Assembly: GCA_002104905.1 (NCBI GenBank)
Contig: MCFE01000167.1
Span: 1 to 64,000 of the forward strand
Length of the DNA: 64,000 nucleotides
Source of the DNA: Basidiobolus meristosporus CBS 931.73
Lineage: Eukaryota > Fungi > Basidiobolomycota
Reading direction: 5' to 3'
Part shown: piece after piece, positions 36,501-50,369 of the stretch
How positions within the stretch are numbered: position 1 is the first letter of the stretch
Layout: each line of letters opens with the position of its first letter
Position numbers and translations under genes: made by a program
Notes under the pieces: generated by a model
The model's input: only the letters and a program-made list of their open reading frames with translations
What the model was told of the DNA's origin: nothing
The model's database searches: none

Positions 36501-38195
36501 ACTTGATTATATTGATACCTTTGCACCGGTAGCCAAGTTTAATTCCATCAGATTAATTTTGGCTATTGCAGCCAAATGTAAGTTTTTTATTCATCAAATG
36601 GATGTAAAACTGCATTTTAGAATGGAAAACCTGATGAGGATGTGTATATGGACCAGCCTGATGGGTTTGCTGACCAAGATAACCACCATTTGGTCTGCAA
36701 GCTTGAAAAGTCACTATATGGTCTCAAACAATCACCAAGAGCCTGGAATTGCAAGATAGATTCTTATTTGGAATCTTTAAGTTTCAAGAGGAGTAATGCT
36801 GACTATAGTATATACTATAAGCCAGATAGAGCAAATCCAGTTCTATTAGCTCTATATGTGGATGATCTTATTATAGTTGCCAATAACCTAGAAACATTGG
36901 AAGAGACTAAATCCAGCCAATCTAAGGAGTTCAAGATGTCCAATCTAGGAGAACTTAGTTACTTCTTAGGGATTATGTTCTCCATAGACAGAATTACCCA
37001 GACTATTACCCTAAGCCAATCCAAGTATATTCAAGATACACTAAAGAAGTACAGAGTGGAAGACTGTAAACTGGCAGCTACCCCAATGGAGACAAACCTT
37101 AACTTTGTCAAAACTCAACCAAATCAAGAGAGCTTGGTGCCATCTGAAAGCCCTGACTTTCCTTATCAATCTGTGGTTGGCAGTCTGATGTATATCATGC
37201 TTGGAACATGTCCAGATATCTCATATTCAGTGGGAGTTGTCAGCCAACATAATCAGAACTATGGATCTGATTATATTGCAGCAGTTAAGCAGATTTTTAG
37301 ATACCCAAAAGGATCTGCTGATATCTACTTAAGATACACTTATAAGGATTCAGAACAGGAACTCGTGGGATACTCTGATGCTGATTGGGGACAAAATTCA
37401 GAAGACAGAAGATCCACCACAGGATACACCTTTCTTTACTGTAAAGGAGAAATTTCATGGAATTCAAGAAAGCAACCAACTGTAGCACTTTCCACCACAG
37501 AGGCAGAGTATATGGCAGCCTGTGAAGCTACAAAAGAAGCAATGTAGTTAAGAAAGCTTCTTACAGATTTAGGCCTCTGTCAAAAAATGCCTATTACTTT
37601 ATTTCAAGATAATTAAGGATATATAAAATTAGGTAGAAATCCAACTTTTCATGCTAGAACCAAGCACATAGATATTAGACATTATTTCATACATGAAGCT
37701 ATAGAGAATAACTTAGTTAGCTTAGTTTACTGTCCTACAGATGAAATGATTGCAGACATATTTACCAAACCATTAGCTAGAGACAAGTTTGAATATCTTA
37801 GGTCAAAATTAGGACTAGTCAGTATGAGCATTTAGCTGAGTGAGAGTGCTGTAAAAACTTGTACTTCCACCTAAATATTCACCTAATTTAGTCACTTAGA
37901 TCATCACCTTCAAATCCTAGAGAATACTGACCAAATTCCTTCTTGGGATTTACTTCGAGAATTTTCATGTTTGGGGTACCTGGTACTTTGGTGAAGATAT
38001 TCTAAGTTGTCCAAACAGCCCCAAACTTTGCATACATGTTCTTGGGCCCTTCCTTAACCTATTCTATGTGTTTGTAATGCCAAGACCATGTAAAAATATA
38101 AGTACTACTTTAACATTCAATCAATCATTAAGTGTAAACCACATAATCTACTTGCTCTCCCAATCACTTCCAATATTTCCAAGACTCTTACAACA
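33512..38195 (+). mobile_element. Full-length Ty1/copia family 1 retrotransposon, gag-pol broken by stops and frameshifts
   Basis: LTRs 33512-33860 and 37847-38195 (349 bp each); TSD GATTT/GATTC; PBS GGTCATGAGCCC; PPT-like TGAGTGAGAG. Gag with CCHC, PR WYIDSGAS, GAG-pre-integrase and IN (HSDLYGP), RT (YVDD), RNase H (YSDADW). Confidence 0.95.
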
Positions 38196-38271
38196 GATTC
38201 CAACTGGTTGGACACCTTGCAATGGTGGCATCCTCCACTGTAAATGCTCCACAACTGTTTACACATGCTGG

Positions 38272-41200
38272 TGTTACAAGTTTTGGAATAAGAATTGTAG
38301 AGGAATAGGGAGTTTAGCTAGTATTGTATTCACTAAAACTTGAACTGATTTTTATTGAGGTTCCAGCAGCTCCCTATATACATTTTGCCAGATTAATTGC
38401 TGACTAATGGCAATTCTTTGTGGCTGGCCTTGATTGATTTGGCAGTTTGGGCATGGTTTCACTAGCATCTCAATATCTTGTTTCATTCTGGGCCACCATG
38501 CTCTGGCTTTCACAAGGCTAACGGTTCCTTCAATCCCAAGATGTCCATATTCATTGTGTAGCTTATGTATTAAATCCAGACAAGAAACATAAGGGCAATA
38601 GGCAATAGGGCTTCCATCATCAATTTGGTAGAGTGTTTCATCCTGTACTACAAATTTGCTGACTTCATCACGGATTATCTTCTTGATATCTTCATCCACC
38701 TCATTAGGAATGGCTTGGTCCTCCAAGTACTTTGGTATTAGGCTAGGCCAATCTGATTCATGCACCAAGTTGAGTTGTGCAACTTGATCTAATCTTGATA
38801 AGGCGTCAGCAACCGTGTTGTTTTTCCAGGGCAGTAGACAATCTCCAGGTCAAATTGTTGAATGTATTCACTCCATCTTGTCATTCTTGTAGAGGGTACC
38901 TTCTGAGTAAATATATACTTGAGGGAGGCATGATCAGTCTTCACAGTGCATTTGACTCCTTCAATATAGCATCTCCATGTTTTCAAACAGTGTATTATAG
39001 CAAGCATCTCCTTCTCATGGACTGGATAGTTTTGTTCTGCTGAGTTCAGTTTCTTGGATTCAAAGGCAACAGGGTGGTCCTTTCCCTTGTGTTCTTGGCT
39101 CAGCACTCCACCAATTGTATAATCTGAAGCATCTGTGGACAGGGTGAACTCTTTTCTGAAGTCTGGTATTCTTAAGCTTGGCAGCTTAGCAAGTTCATTC
39201 TGAGTGTCTGGAAGGCAGTCTCACAAGCTATGTCCCACTTGTAGGTATTGTCTTTCTTGAGGATATCAGTTAAAGGGGCTGCAATACTTGCAAAAGACTT
39301 GACAAATCTCCAATAATAGGAAACCATTTCAAGGAATGATCTGAGTTCTGATATGCTATGGGGCTGCTTCAAATTCTTGATAACTTCAACCTTCTTAGGA
39401 TCTAAGGTCACTCCTGTGCTAGTCACTATGTGTCCTAGGTATTCAATCTGTTCCTTGAAGAATTCTCACTTGGCTAGCTTGCCATATAGCTTGTTCTCTC
39501 TTAGTTTCTTCAAGACCTTTTCAATGTGCACCATGTGATCCTCTTCTGTCTTGCTGTATATCAATATGTCATCCAGGTATATTATCACAAACTTGTCTAA
39601 GTACTCCTGAAAGACAGTCTGCATCAGCATCATGAATGTTGCAGGGGCATTAGTGAGGCCAAAACTCATGACTAAGTACTTGTAATGTCCATATCTGGTC
39701 CTGAATGCTGTCTTAGGGATATCTTCTGGTTTCACCCTAATGTGGTTGTGTCCTGACATGAGGTCAATCTTGCTGAAAATAGTGGCTCCATTAAGTTGGT
39801 CCAAAAGCTCATCAATCCAAGGTATGGGGTACTTATTCTTGACGGTAACTGAGTTCAGGGCTCTGTAGTCAATGCACATCCTAAGTGTTCCATCCTTCTT
39901 TTTCACAAAAAGCACTGGTGCTCCCCAAGGTGACTTGCTGGGTCTGATGTATCCTTGCTCCAATAGCTGATCAATTTGTCACTTCATATCCTCCAATTCC
40001 AATGGACTCATTCTGTAAGGTGTCTTGCTCACTGGAGGGCTATCTCCTGTGTCAATGGCATGATCCATGTCTCTGACTGGTGGTAGGCTTACAAGCTCAT
40101 CTGGAAACACGTCTGAATATTTCTTCAAGAGAATCTGGACCTGCTGGGGTGCTGGGGTAGAGGAATCCTCCTGTAAAACCGCCATGAGGAACATCTGAGT
40201 ACCTTATCTAAGCGCTCTACAGACCTGGGTCTTGCTAAGTTCACTTGTCTCACACACACTGGAATTGACCAATTTGAAATCCAGCCTGGCAGGTAATAGC
40301 TCATAGGTCTTGTTGTCTTTTTGGATCTGAGTAGAATGGGTTCTCCAGTTGATTGATGGATTAGAACAAAATAGCCAGGTTTTTCCAAGTACAAGGTCAA
40401 ACTTGCAGTTCCCAAATATATAAGCCTGTAGGTCTTCTTCATAGTCATTGATCTTCATTCTTACTGGCTGGGTAATACCATTGATTACATGAGAATTCCC
40501 ATCAGCTGTGGAGACTGAAGTTGATTTGGTAGGTTCCAAGTTGATTCCAGCTTTGAGAGCAAATTGCTCTGACATGTACTCATGCAATGCCCCTGAGTCA
40601 ATCATGATCTTGGCAGGTACTCCATTGATTACTCCATTCAAGTATAATAGCTTTCCTGAGTTTGAGGTCATCTGGGATACGTATTCTTCTGTCATGTGGA
40701 AGGTGAGTTCTGAGTCTTCTTCAAGCTCATCTTCCACATTACTGTGCTCATGGGACTCAATATGGTTGAAGGTTCTTGTTGGCTGGTGTCCATTTCTTCT
40801 CTGAGGGCAGTACTTTGCAATATGTCCCTGCTGGTGGCAATTGAAGCCAAGTCCTTTCTTCTTACATTCTTCTGAGGTAGGATTCTTCTGCATAGCGTCT
40901 ATTTCCATTGGTACTGCTTCTAACTATCTTCTTTCATAATGATTGTAGCCTTTCTGATTAGTCACTGTAGGCTTCCCAACTCCAAACATAGCTGAGTCAT
41001 AGTCAATGGCAATCTTGATGGCTTCTTCAATGGTCTGAGGTCTTTGGTAATTCACTTCCTTGAGAGTTCTTTCTTTCAACCCATCAATAAAGTATTCAAC
41101 TTGATCCAAGGGGTCCATTCTTTCAATTTGTCCAAGTAGAAATCTGTACTCATAGATGTATTCTTGAACCATTGCTTTCTGTCTGAGTGTCTTTAACTTC

Positions 41201-42042
41201 CTTCTTAGTAGTGTCTGCTGGTGTGGAGGTTCAAAAGCATCCTGAATTTCCTACACAAACTCATCCCAGGTAGAGATTGTAGAGCATCCCATCATAGTGG
41301 CCAACCTGATCTTGTTGTGGTACCACTGTAAAGCTGTATCTGCCAGGTAAGAAGCTGCATAATGCAACTTGCTTTCTGGAGCAATTCCTTTAGCTTTAAA
41401 AGCTTCTTCAATCTGAAAGAGCCAAGCTCCCAGGTTTTCATTGACTCTGCCATGATACTGGATGACCTTCCCGCTAAAGTTGCTCTTGACAGGGCTTTGC
41501 TGGCTCTGAGCCATGGTAGATATTCCTTGTTGCTGTTGGCTGAGGAACTGGAGTAGGTGTTGCTGTTGGGCCAGGATTTGGTGCATGGCATTCTTCCATT
41601 CTTGATTGTCCAACATCTTGAGTGTGGTTTCTTCTTTCTTCAGGAGGGAGGTTGCTGATTATTGCTGCTACCAATGTTACAAGTCTTGGTATAAGAATTG
41701 TAGAGGAATAGGGAGTTTAGCTAGTATTGTATTCACTAAAACTTGAACTGATCCTTATTGAGGTTCCAGCAGCTCCTTATATACATTTTGCCAGATCAAT
41801 TGCTAACTAATTGTACTTCCTAATGTAGGTTGTGGCTGATGACTCATTTGATTGCATCATCATCACCCAATAAGATCTTACTTAACATATCTATTTCTGT
41901 CTGATAAGGATCTGCTGATTCATTTGCTAACTAATGCTACTGATTTCATAAATAATACTGATATACTGACAACCTAAACATATACTAATTGATTTGACTA
42001 AAACCTGATCTAACTTAAACATTCAAGTGGCAGATCATAACA
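38272..42042 (-). mobile_element. Ty3/gypsy retrotransposon copy 1 with integrase core and most of the 3' LTR deleted
   Basis: 5' LTR 41675-42042, PBS TGGTAGCAGC (41664-73), gag with CFNCHQQGHIAKYC, PR IDSGA, RT YLDD, RNase H, IN zinc-finger; 3' LTR stub 38272-38410; TSD CTGG on both sides. Confidence 0.95.
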
Positions 42043-42264
42043 CTGGTATCAAGATGGTCTCTGGTTCATTGTTGCCAGCCACATTAGAGTTTTCAATTTA
42101 GACTATGCACATAGCAAGTTCCATCCTAGAATAATTTTGGCAAGAAATTATAATAAATCCTAAAGCCTCCATTACTAATATTAGTGGAAACACACCACTT
42201 CTCTAGCCACAACATCACATCATTCACCAGTAGATGGATTACTGGGCTCACTTGACTCCAAAAA

Positions 42265-44900
42265 AGACTTGTTCCACTGTACCATGCCAGGGCACACAGT
42301 GCAATCCTTGGTCTCAAAGAACAACTGGGTGCAATATAGTAGCTACCAGTATGCGGGATTACTCTTGGACAATTATGCACCATGTGGAACAATCTTGCAC
42401 ACTATGGCACAATAGGACCTGGTGAGGTTGGCATGGATGATTGCACCAGCTTGTAATATTTCCATCATGTACGCAATTAGATACCTCTATTATGATAGAT
42501 AAAATCTGGTATTTAGATATTTTTCTTCAATTTAAATGCAAATACATGCATATCACACTATAAGCTACATTGATACTTACCATTTTGGTACCATCACTCC
42601 AATTGGATGACATCTTGGTGGTGAGTTGGCCCAAAAGTATCCTGAAGCTGTCACTCCCAATTGGCTTTTTGACCAATTCACAAGCTACCTGATTTGCCAT
42701 CAAAAATCCCATTTTGCCTATTGAGCAAGTAAATCCCTGATCCTAGTGATTATACAAGGTGTCATTACTAACATGTGACCAATCATTCAGGTGCAAAGCA
42801 GATCAAATGACTGCACTGGTGTTACAGATGATGTATATATGTGTGGGGTATTTATTTATTGGGGTTCTGCCTCAAATGTGTTATGAGCTTGACATTAGAC
42901 TTGTTTGGTTAGATAGTGCCACCTTGAGCCATGAGTACCAAATGATGCTATAGTGTACCAGGGAGGCCAAGTGAGCCTATAATTGGCCACAGAGTGTGAA
43001 ACATAGCTCTGCATCTTATGCAAAGCAGCCCCTGTGTGTCACCTATGATGCAGGAGAAAATCCATTTTTTGACATTTTTTGGTAGATCAATGTTGTGCAG
43101 GATGTGTAAGAGCACAAAAGGATTGAAGATATGCACCTGGTACGCAATACCTATGGCACTCTGAATCTAGCTCTTGTGGCTTGTAATATGTCACAACAAT
43201 GCATGGCACTTGCTTGGTCCACTGATACTATTGGGCACTATATTTAATTATTAGCCCAAAAGTAAGATCAATGCAAAGCACTTATAGCGCCCGATAGTAC
43301 CAGTAGACATGGCACTATCTCCATCTCTGTCAACACTCTGAGATATCTAGTTCTGCTAGATTTATGAGTAGTGAACAAATATCTGTATGAAGGCTCATTA
43401 TAGACACTTAGGCCATACTAAAATCCTTTAATGAGAGCCCAAAGGGATCCAATCTCAACTTCTCTGGTCTGAACTGCGCTTGTGAGCTGGGGGATGGGCT
43501 CTGTCTGCATTGTACTAAAGATGAATTGAGACTTGGTATAGGGACCATAGTGAAGGATTTAGATACTTATCTGTAGTGTATTGGCATCAACCTGGTCTTA
43601 TATGAAAAATACACAAAAGCCAATGTGATTGTTGAGTTTTCCATATAGTATGCATGATGCATCTTGGTTTGCATTGACATGGATCTGACAACATCAATAG
43701 CTAATTCTCTTTTGGATTAAATAGTTGTGAGTAAAGCACCAAAAAAATTACCAAGCCATTGTTTGATGGAGATCTAATCATGATGAGTGGAAAATCAGAT
43801 AAATAAAGCTGATCCTGCTGAGGTGACTCACAGCACCTCAGTCTGATCACCTAACAGTTTTATTATAACTTACTTGTCTTAATGGTCTTTTCTCATCAAT
43901 CCCATCACTACCACAGGACTACCTTTTGACCCACCAGAGAAGATCTACACCAGTACTGTGGACCATCTACTCCAATCTACCTAAGGAGATCCCATGTTAA
44001 GCCTCTCTGCTATAACAAGAACTATTGCCCAACAAGGCTTCATCCCGCCATACATGGCAACAAAAGTACTAGAAGCTTTCATTCCCAGCTGACAGCAATG
44101 GAGAACCACCTTGCAGAGGGTATGAATGACTAAGAGCTAGCTTGAAGTACTAGGTTCAGAAGCTCCAATAGACTTCCATATCCCAAAGTGTTCAGTAACA
44201 GGTCCCATATAATGAGTACTTTGGATACCTTCCCAGTCAGGATTAGCAGACATTCTAGGTGGCAGAGGCACTATTATTCTAGCAAGTACAAGTCACACTG
44301 TGTGAAGTTTCAAGCACTGTCTGACATTGAGAGTAACATCATCCAGTTTAGTGGGCCATTTTCTGGAAGTAGGTATGACAACAAACTCTGGGTAGCAAAT
44401 CATCCAGAATTCAGTAGAGGGGAGAACTTTATGGCAGATTCAGCTTATGTAGGTGAGGATCTTTAGGGATTAGGATGTATTGCAGCATGTAGGAAGCCAA
44501 GGAATGGTTTGCTTAGCTGGAAGCACAAGCTCTACAATGAGATATTTAATCATTTCAGAGTAGGGGTAGAGCATACATTTGGATATCTGAAGAGATTCAA
44601 AATATTGTCAGGTTAATATAGAGGAAAGTTATATATAGGAGAAAATAGCAGAATAGATAAATAGTTAAAATACTTGTCATATGCACAGTATATTCATACA
44701 TGAAGACATCCACTGAGAGAAACATGTCTGGAGCATTATGAAGAGTAAATAAAGCAGAGAAAATACTACTCTGAGCAGCATAAGTAAGATTGAATAATAT
44801 TACCAGTGCTGTATCATATACTGACATTATATAGGAAATTATAATGCCAGATTGATCTGGCACTATAAACAGGCTGGCATTATGTGGAACTATCCAACAA
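42265..44900. mobile_element. PIF/Harbinger copy C, internally deleted, with a truncated fold-back MITE at 42897-43310
   Basis: AGACTTGTTCC left end; transposase remnant about 43880-44630 (STLDTFPVR, FSGPFSGSRYD, MADSAYVG); degraded right end. Confidence 0.8.
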
Positions 44901-44919
44901 AATGGGTTTATTCTTAAGA

Positions 44920-46400
44920 TAAAGGGTATCTGCTGGAGCAAATGCTTTCTGCTGGGAGCAATGCATTTGCTTTTCTACAATATCCCTCTACTGATGACTA
45001 AGTTGTACATAGAGTATTGTAAGCTCAATGTGCCCTTCAAGATATTAGAGAAGTTTGAAAGTACTGGCAAGATATATAGTATCTACTATCCTAAGCACCT
45101 CTCATGGGCTCTAATCAATATTCATAAGCATATGCAACAATACAAATGTAAAGACTGGATATGCTGGATATGTTTATATTCAAGTGGCATTTTGAAGCCA
45201 TTCCAACCAAGAGTACATTGGAAGCATTGGGAGTCACATGTGGACATTATAGGAATATTCATCCAGGAGCAGATCACCAATGCCATGTGACATATCTACA
45301 GCTGTTGTGCAAGGAGTTTGTAATGGGATTTGAATGGCTTTACTGCAAACCTCAAGTGGAACCTGTAGATCTCTGCCTCTACTGTATTCATTCTGTATTC
45401 CATCATGCTTAGTGTGTGGAGAATATTGGACCTTACTTCACCTTTAGGGAATTTCCTATGGAGTGGATGTGTGGGCAGATAGGAAGACAAGTCAAGTTGC
45501 AGGTACTACAATATTCATTCCTTATCAAGAATATTACCTTGAAGTCTGTGATGGATGTGATGAGTTATTACATGGAGGACAGCTAGTAAGAGCTGGAAAA
45601 CACTGAGGACAGATGTGGACATGGAGACACCTATCCCTATAGAATTATGAAGCTAAGCAGCCCCAATGTGTGGGTAATCAGTTATGTGATAGCAAGTTGG
45701 GTTGAGTGCAACAGTCAACTAATTTTTATTAGGAAAGCTCTACTAAAGTATGCCAGGTTTCTCTTGGTGACAAGCCAACTTCTACACCATTCAATAAGGA
45801 ATCAACACAAACAAGAGCCAGACCACACCTATAAGGGGGACTAGAATCCAGCAGGGTGCAGGAATGTATATTGATAAAATACCAAAAAGTTCTTTGTGGA
45901 TATTCAGGAGGTATTCATGTAAGAAGTGGCAGCAACCAAGCATATGTTGGCAAGGTATTTATGTTACCAGCAATATACAGTGTATGCATATTGGCAAGTA
46001 TCACACTAAAAAGCTGTAAAGTTGAGGTGATACATGTATGTCAATTACGGTAGATGTGCACAGTTGTGGAGGTTAGTAAGCAGGAGGCCATAGTACTTTT
46101 GATTCAAACTATAAGTGACATACTCAAGGTAGTAGTGGGTAAGCAAATCAAGAGGGGTAATTCTACAGTGGAAGGTATGAATTGCATAAGGGGAGGTAGA
46201 AAAGGAAATGCCATTGAGTAAATTAGTATGGTAGCATTGTACAGAAACAGCAGTAGGCTCCAATACAGCCATAATAATGCCAACAAAGACCTCTAACCTG
46301 GCCGTCAAAAAAGGTTTTTTGCAATATATGGCACCTTGATGCACTCGCTGATTAGATCCATTAAAGTTAGTTGGAGACACATTGAGACCACAACAATACC
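44920..46400 (+). mobile_element. Third En/Spm(CACTA)-type remnant (3' part)
   Basis: Colinear with 30700-32030. Confidence 0.65.
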
Positions 46401-46777
46401 ATGAAATTACTGCTACAGCACCAATTGAAACCTGTCAAGTTTTTTAACTTTATTTGGCAGTAAAACTAGCTAAACTCCTTTGTGATCTCATTATAACATT
46501 GTAACAAGGGTCACTGATTCAAAGCTGCTGGTATTGCAATGGTCTCCAAATTGGATCTCAGCGGCTGATCCAGATTGGATCCATGCATGGGATCAAGTTA
46601 AATTTCATAGGGTATTCTGGTAGATCTCCTAAGTTGAATAGTCTACTTTGATGTGGAGCTGGTAATTTAATCTGACATATCTGGCTAAACTAGGTGTGTA
46701 TCTTCTCCATTAGTGTAGATTGCACCATCAGGCAACTGGCCAATGGTATCAGTGGTTTTCTGGTCTCAATTCCCCCT

Positions 46778-47062
46778 GATGCAAGCAATAGGGGATAGAT
46801 TCAGAGTGCCCTGGGTATTGAGTACCAGATGCATGTCTTCATTTTTTTGTGCTCTTGCACATCCTTCAAAACATTGATCCAAAAATAAGGTCAGAAAATT
46901 AATTTTCTCCAGTGCAATGGGTGGAAATCAGGGGCTGCTTTACATGAAGATGCAGAACTATGATTCACACTCTGTGGCAAAGTATTGGCTCACTTGGTCT
47001 CCCTGTCAAACTATGGCATTATTTAGCATGCAAGGTTTAATTGGCACTATCCAATGGAACAA
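46778..47062. repeat. Single arm of the fold-back Harbinger MITE
   Basis: Matches 20945-21229. Confidence 0.75.
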
Positions 47063-47069
47063 TGCAGTG

Positions 47070-49440
47070 TCCCTGCTCCCAATCAGCTTCCGAATTTTGC
47101 CATCATACACTCTCTACCTTTGGTAACCTTGGAGGTCTGGGTTTTGGCCTGTATATGCTTCAAAGGGTGTAGAATCCTGTAGTGCTATTGTTGGGCATCT
47201 AATATTGCTATATACTATAGGGGCAACAGATTCAGCCCATAAGATGTAGTCCATTCCCTCTTGATGTAGCATAGATTTTACACATATATTGCATATATTT
47301 TCCCATCTATACTATTGTACTATTTGCGCATTCTGCAACTTCATTTTCCTATGCAGTATGTGGATCAGTAGTCTGTTGATTTATACCAGTATTTGTCCAG
47401 TATTTTGCCAACTCCTTTGAGCAATATTCCCATCTATTGTCACTTTGTAGTACCTTTGATTTACGCCCAGTTTACATTTCTGGCATGTTCTAGAAGTGTG
47501 TAAAAGGTCTCTCAAGACTCATCTGTTGTCTTGGGCTAGTACATCCATGATTATGGGGTCTTGTCATTAATCAGCGTTGTAAAATATCTCTTGTCCCTAA
47601 AAGAGAGTGTTCTTGTGGGCCCACATATAACTGAGTGCACAATTGCTAGTAGTTAGATAGTCTTAACACCTCCCAAGCTCCTGAAGTGTAGACTAGCTTG
47701 TTTGTCTTATGAACATCCTGTACAGACACTCAATATGATTGAAATTGAGAAATTTAAGCCCAAAACAAGCTGATTTTGCACCAATTAAATCAATTTCAGC
47801 TCCTTAATGTGTGCTAGCCTCCTATGCCATATCTCCCAGCTAGTTTCATCAGTTTGAGCAATGTTGACATACTCAGGTATAATGATCCTACATTGCAACT
47901 TGTATATGCCGTGATCTCTGATTCCCTGAAGCTATTTTTGTGCATTTTCAATCATTATCAAACAACTCAGCTTGGCAAATACAAATTTCAGTCAATGAGT
48001 ACTTGCTTTACAGACTAAGAGTAGGTTCTTTGCTATTCCAGGCATATAGAGTACATCAGTCTATTTTGCTGCTGTAGCCTCAAAAGTATACTCTATATTG
48101 AGCTGTATAGACTCACTGGTAGTACCTTCCAGGGTACAGTTATCTTTGAGTTTTGAGGCACTCCTTTTACCACAAGCATGCTGTGATGTTCCAGAGTCAT
48201 GATACCATTCATTACTTTGGTTACTTGCACTCTCTTGAGCAGTTGCAAATAACCATTCATCTGTGGTTATTTGGTTTGCCTGCCCTAGTTTCTGTTTTCC
48301 ATATGTGTGTTTCTTCTTGAATTCTCTTGCTTAGTGTGCTGGCTTCTAACAGTAGTTACAGCAACCAGGTCTTCTTTGGTTTTGTAGCTTTCCCTTCATT
48401 TATCTTTGCCTTTCTGAGCTGAACACAACATTATCTTCAGTTTCTCTGCTTAGTCATTACATCTGAGTACTACATGGAGAAGTCTTCCTTTGACATAGTC
48501 CAAAGTCAGAGCGACTTCACTGCTTTCAGAAGAAAGTATTAGTGACTCATGCTCATCTGGTAAGCTGCAAGTATACACAGTAACATTTTTCTCATCATCA
48601 GCACTAGCATTGATACTGTAAAGTTCTTCTGCCAATATCTCCATTCTGGTAAAGGGTTGTAGCATGTTATCACATGGCTTCTTTTTCATGTTGCAGTGCT
48701 TTTGCTTTAAATAAAGCTTGCTTGATACTGACTTTGCTCTAAGGAATGTCTCCAAAGATTCCCATGCTGCTTTGGCAATATTTGAATCATGAGTTTGTAT
48801 AATGAAGGAATCTTGCACACCAATACATATGGCATTATAGGCTTTTTTCTCCTTACTTTGCAACTTCCCCACTTCTTCTCTTGTTCCTTTGCGCTTAACT
48901 TTTTTTCCTGTTACTATATTTCAAAGCTTTTTTTCCTCAAGGTGGATCTGCATCTTGATTCTGTAAAGTCTGTAGCTCTTCCCATCAGACCTCTCCAATA
49001 CAGGGAAGGAGTTTGCATTGCTCTCTTTGCTAGTCAAAGTCATTTTTGGAATTGATTGAAATTATTGGGGCTCAAACCTGTGGCAATTTAAGAAGTGATC
49101 TGGACATACGGGACTTATCAACAAATAGTAATAAAATTTAAACTATTGTAAATGCATAGAGAAGCTCAATAGTTGTATCTTTGTAGAATTAATACAACTG
49201 TAACACTAAGTAATAAGCTATTCTCAGTACTCAGAAGCATTATGTAACAGTCAAATGGTAAGAACATAATGATTGGTAAAAGCATTATTTGATCTTGAGT
49301 ATAGGGGAATAATCATAGGATCATAGACCTAAAAAAAGTGGCAAAGTGAGGGCTGTAGGATAGTCCTAGAGTGGCCAAAACTAGTCCAGAACTTTTAAGT
49401 AAATTTTAGCTGCCAGATGATAAAGATAGCTCAGTACTTC
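47070..49440 (-). mobile_element. Ty1/copia family 2 remnant (LTR, PBS, gag, partial pol)
   Basis: Gag AKAAWESLE..SKLYLKQK..LTLDYVKGRLL; PBS GGTTTGAGCCCC next to the LTR end at 49079; the LTR is homologous to about 53090-53459. Confidence 0.75.
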
Positions 49441-49673
49441 AACAGTTACTCCTGACCATTAGCAAGTAAAAGTACATGTCAGTAGTATTATAGGTATGCA
49501 AAGCAAGTCATTACCAAATGCTTTAGCGGTAATTCTTGCAAGAAGAAGTTGGAGAAGAATATGTAATTATGTTGAGTTACTAACATTTGTCATATCCTGA
49601 ACATCAGATTTTTTTGGCAATCCAAGCTTAGTCATTGCAAACCAGTAATCACTAAATTCCAAATATAAGCAAT

Positions 49674-50366
49674 AGACTTACTCTGCTGGACAGTGCCACA
49701 TTGAGCCATGAGTGCCAAGTAGTGCCACAGTGCGCCAGACAGGCTAAGTCAACCTATACTTGGCCATTGTGTGTGAGATATAGTTCTGCATCTTTGTGCA
49801 AAGTAGCCCTCTGGTTTAACCCTCTGTACTGGAGAAAATCCATTTTCTGACCTTTCCTTGAGGGATCAATGTGGTGAATGATGCCTAGCAGCGCAAACAG
49901 AATAAAGATATGCATCTGGTAGTCAATACTCATAGCACTCTGAATCTTTCTCAAGAGTCCTGTATCCTTTTGCAAAAATGCATGGCACCATACTTAAATA
50001 TTAGCACTGAACTACAAACTATATAAAGCACTTACTGTTCTAGATAGCACCAGCAGATTAAGGTTGTGTCATGCATTTTTATGAGAAGTCACCAGCCCCT
50101 GGAGCTACATTGAGAGTACCATGTTTATTGATTACACAATGAATCTCTTCAGTGTTTGCAAATCATGCTCTGCATTGATCCACTAAAATAGTAAAAAATG
50201 GATTTTCTTCAGCTCAGTGGGTCAAACACAGGGGCAGCTTTGCCTGAATCAGTGAAACTATGTTTACACTCTATGGCTGAGTATAGGTTAACATGGCCTC
50301 TCTTGGACACTATGGTAATATTTGGCACTCAGGTCTAAATGTAGCACCATCCAACAGAGCAAGTAT
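49674..50366. mobile_element. Second complete but more decayed fold-back MITE
   Basis: AAT|AGACTT start; two inverted arms homologous to 20501-21229. Confidence 0.75.
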
Positions 50367-50369
50367 GAT

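Larger units (their letters stand above)
32600..42264 (-). mobile_element. Second En/Spm(CACTA)-type remnant, split into 32600-33511, 38196-38271 and 42043-42264 by a copia and a gypsy insertion
   Basis: ITDIPDGKHYKQLRSK and HIIICIGDTTDISKIAGFSVHKGQYYCQMC are tnp2-type motifs. The flanks rejoin to ETILIPACVNSCGAFTVEDATIARCP, homologous to 28150-28255. Confidence 0.75.
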
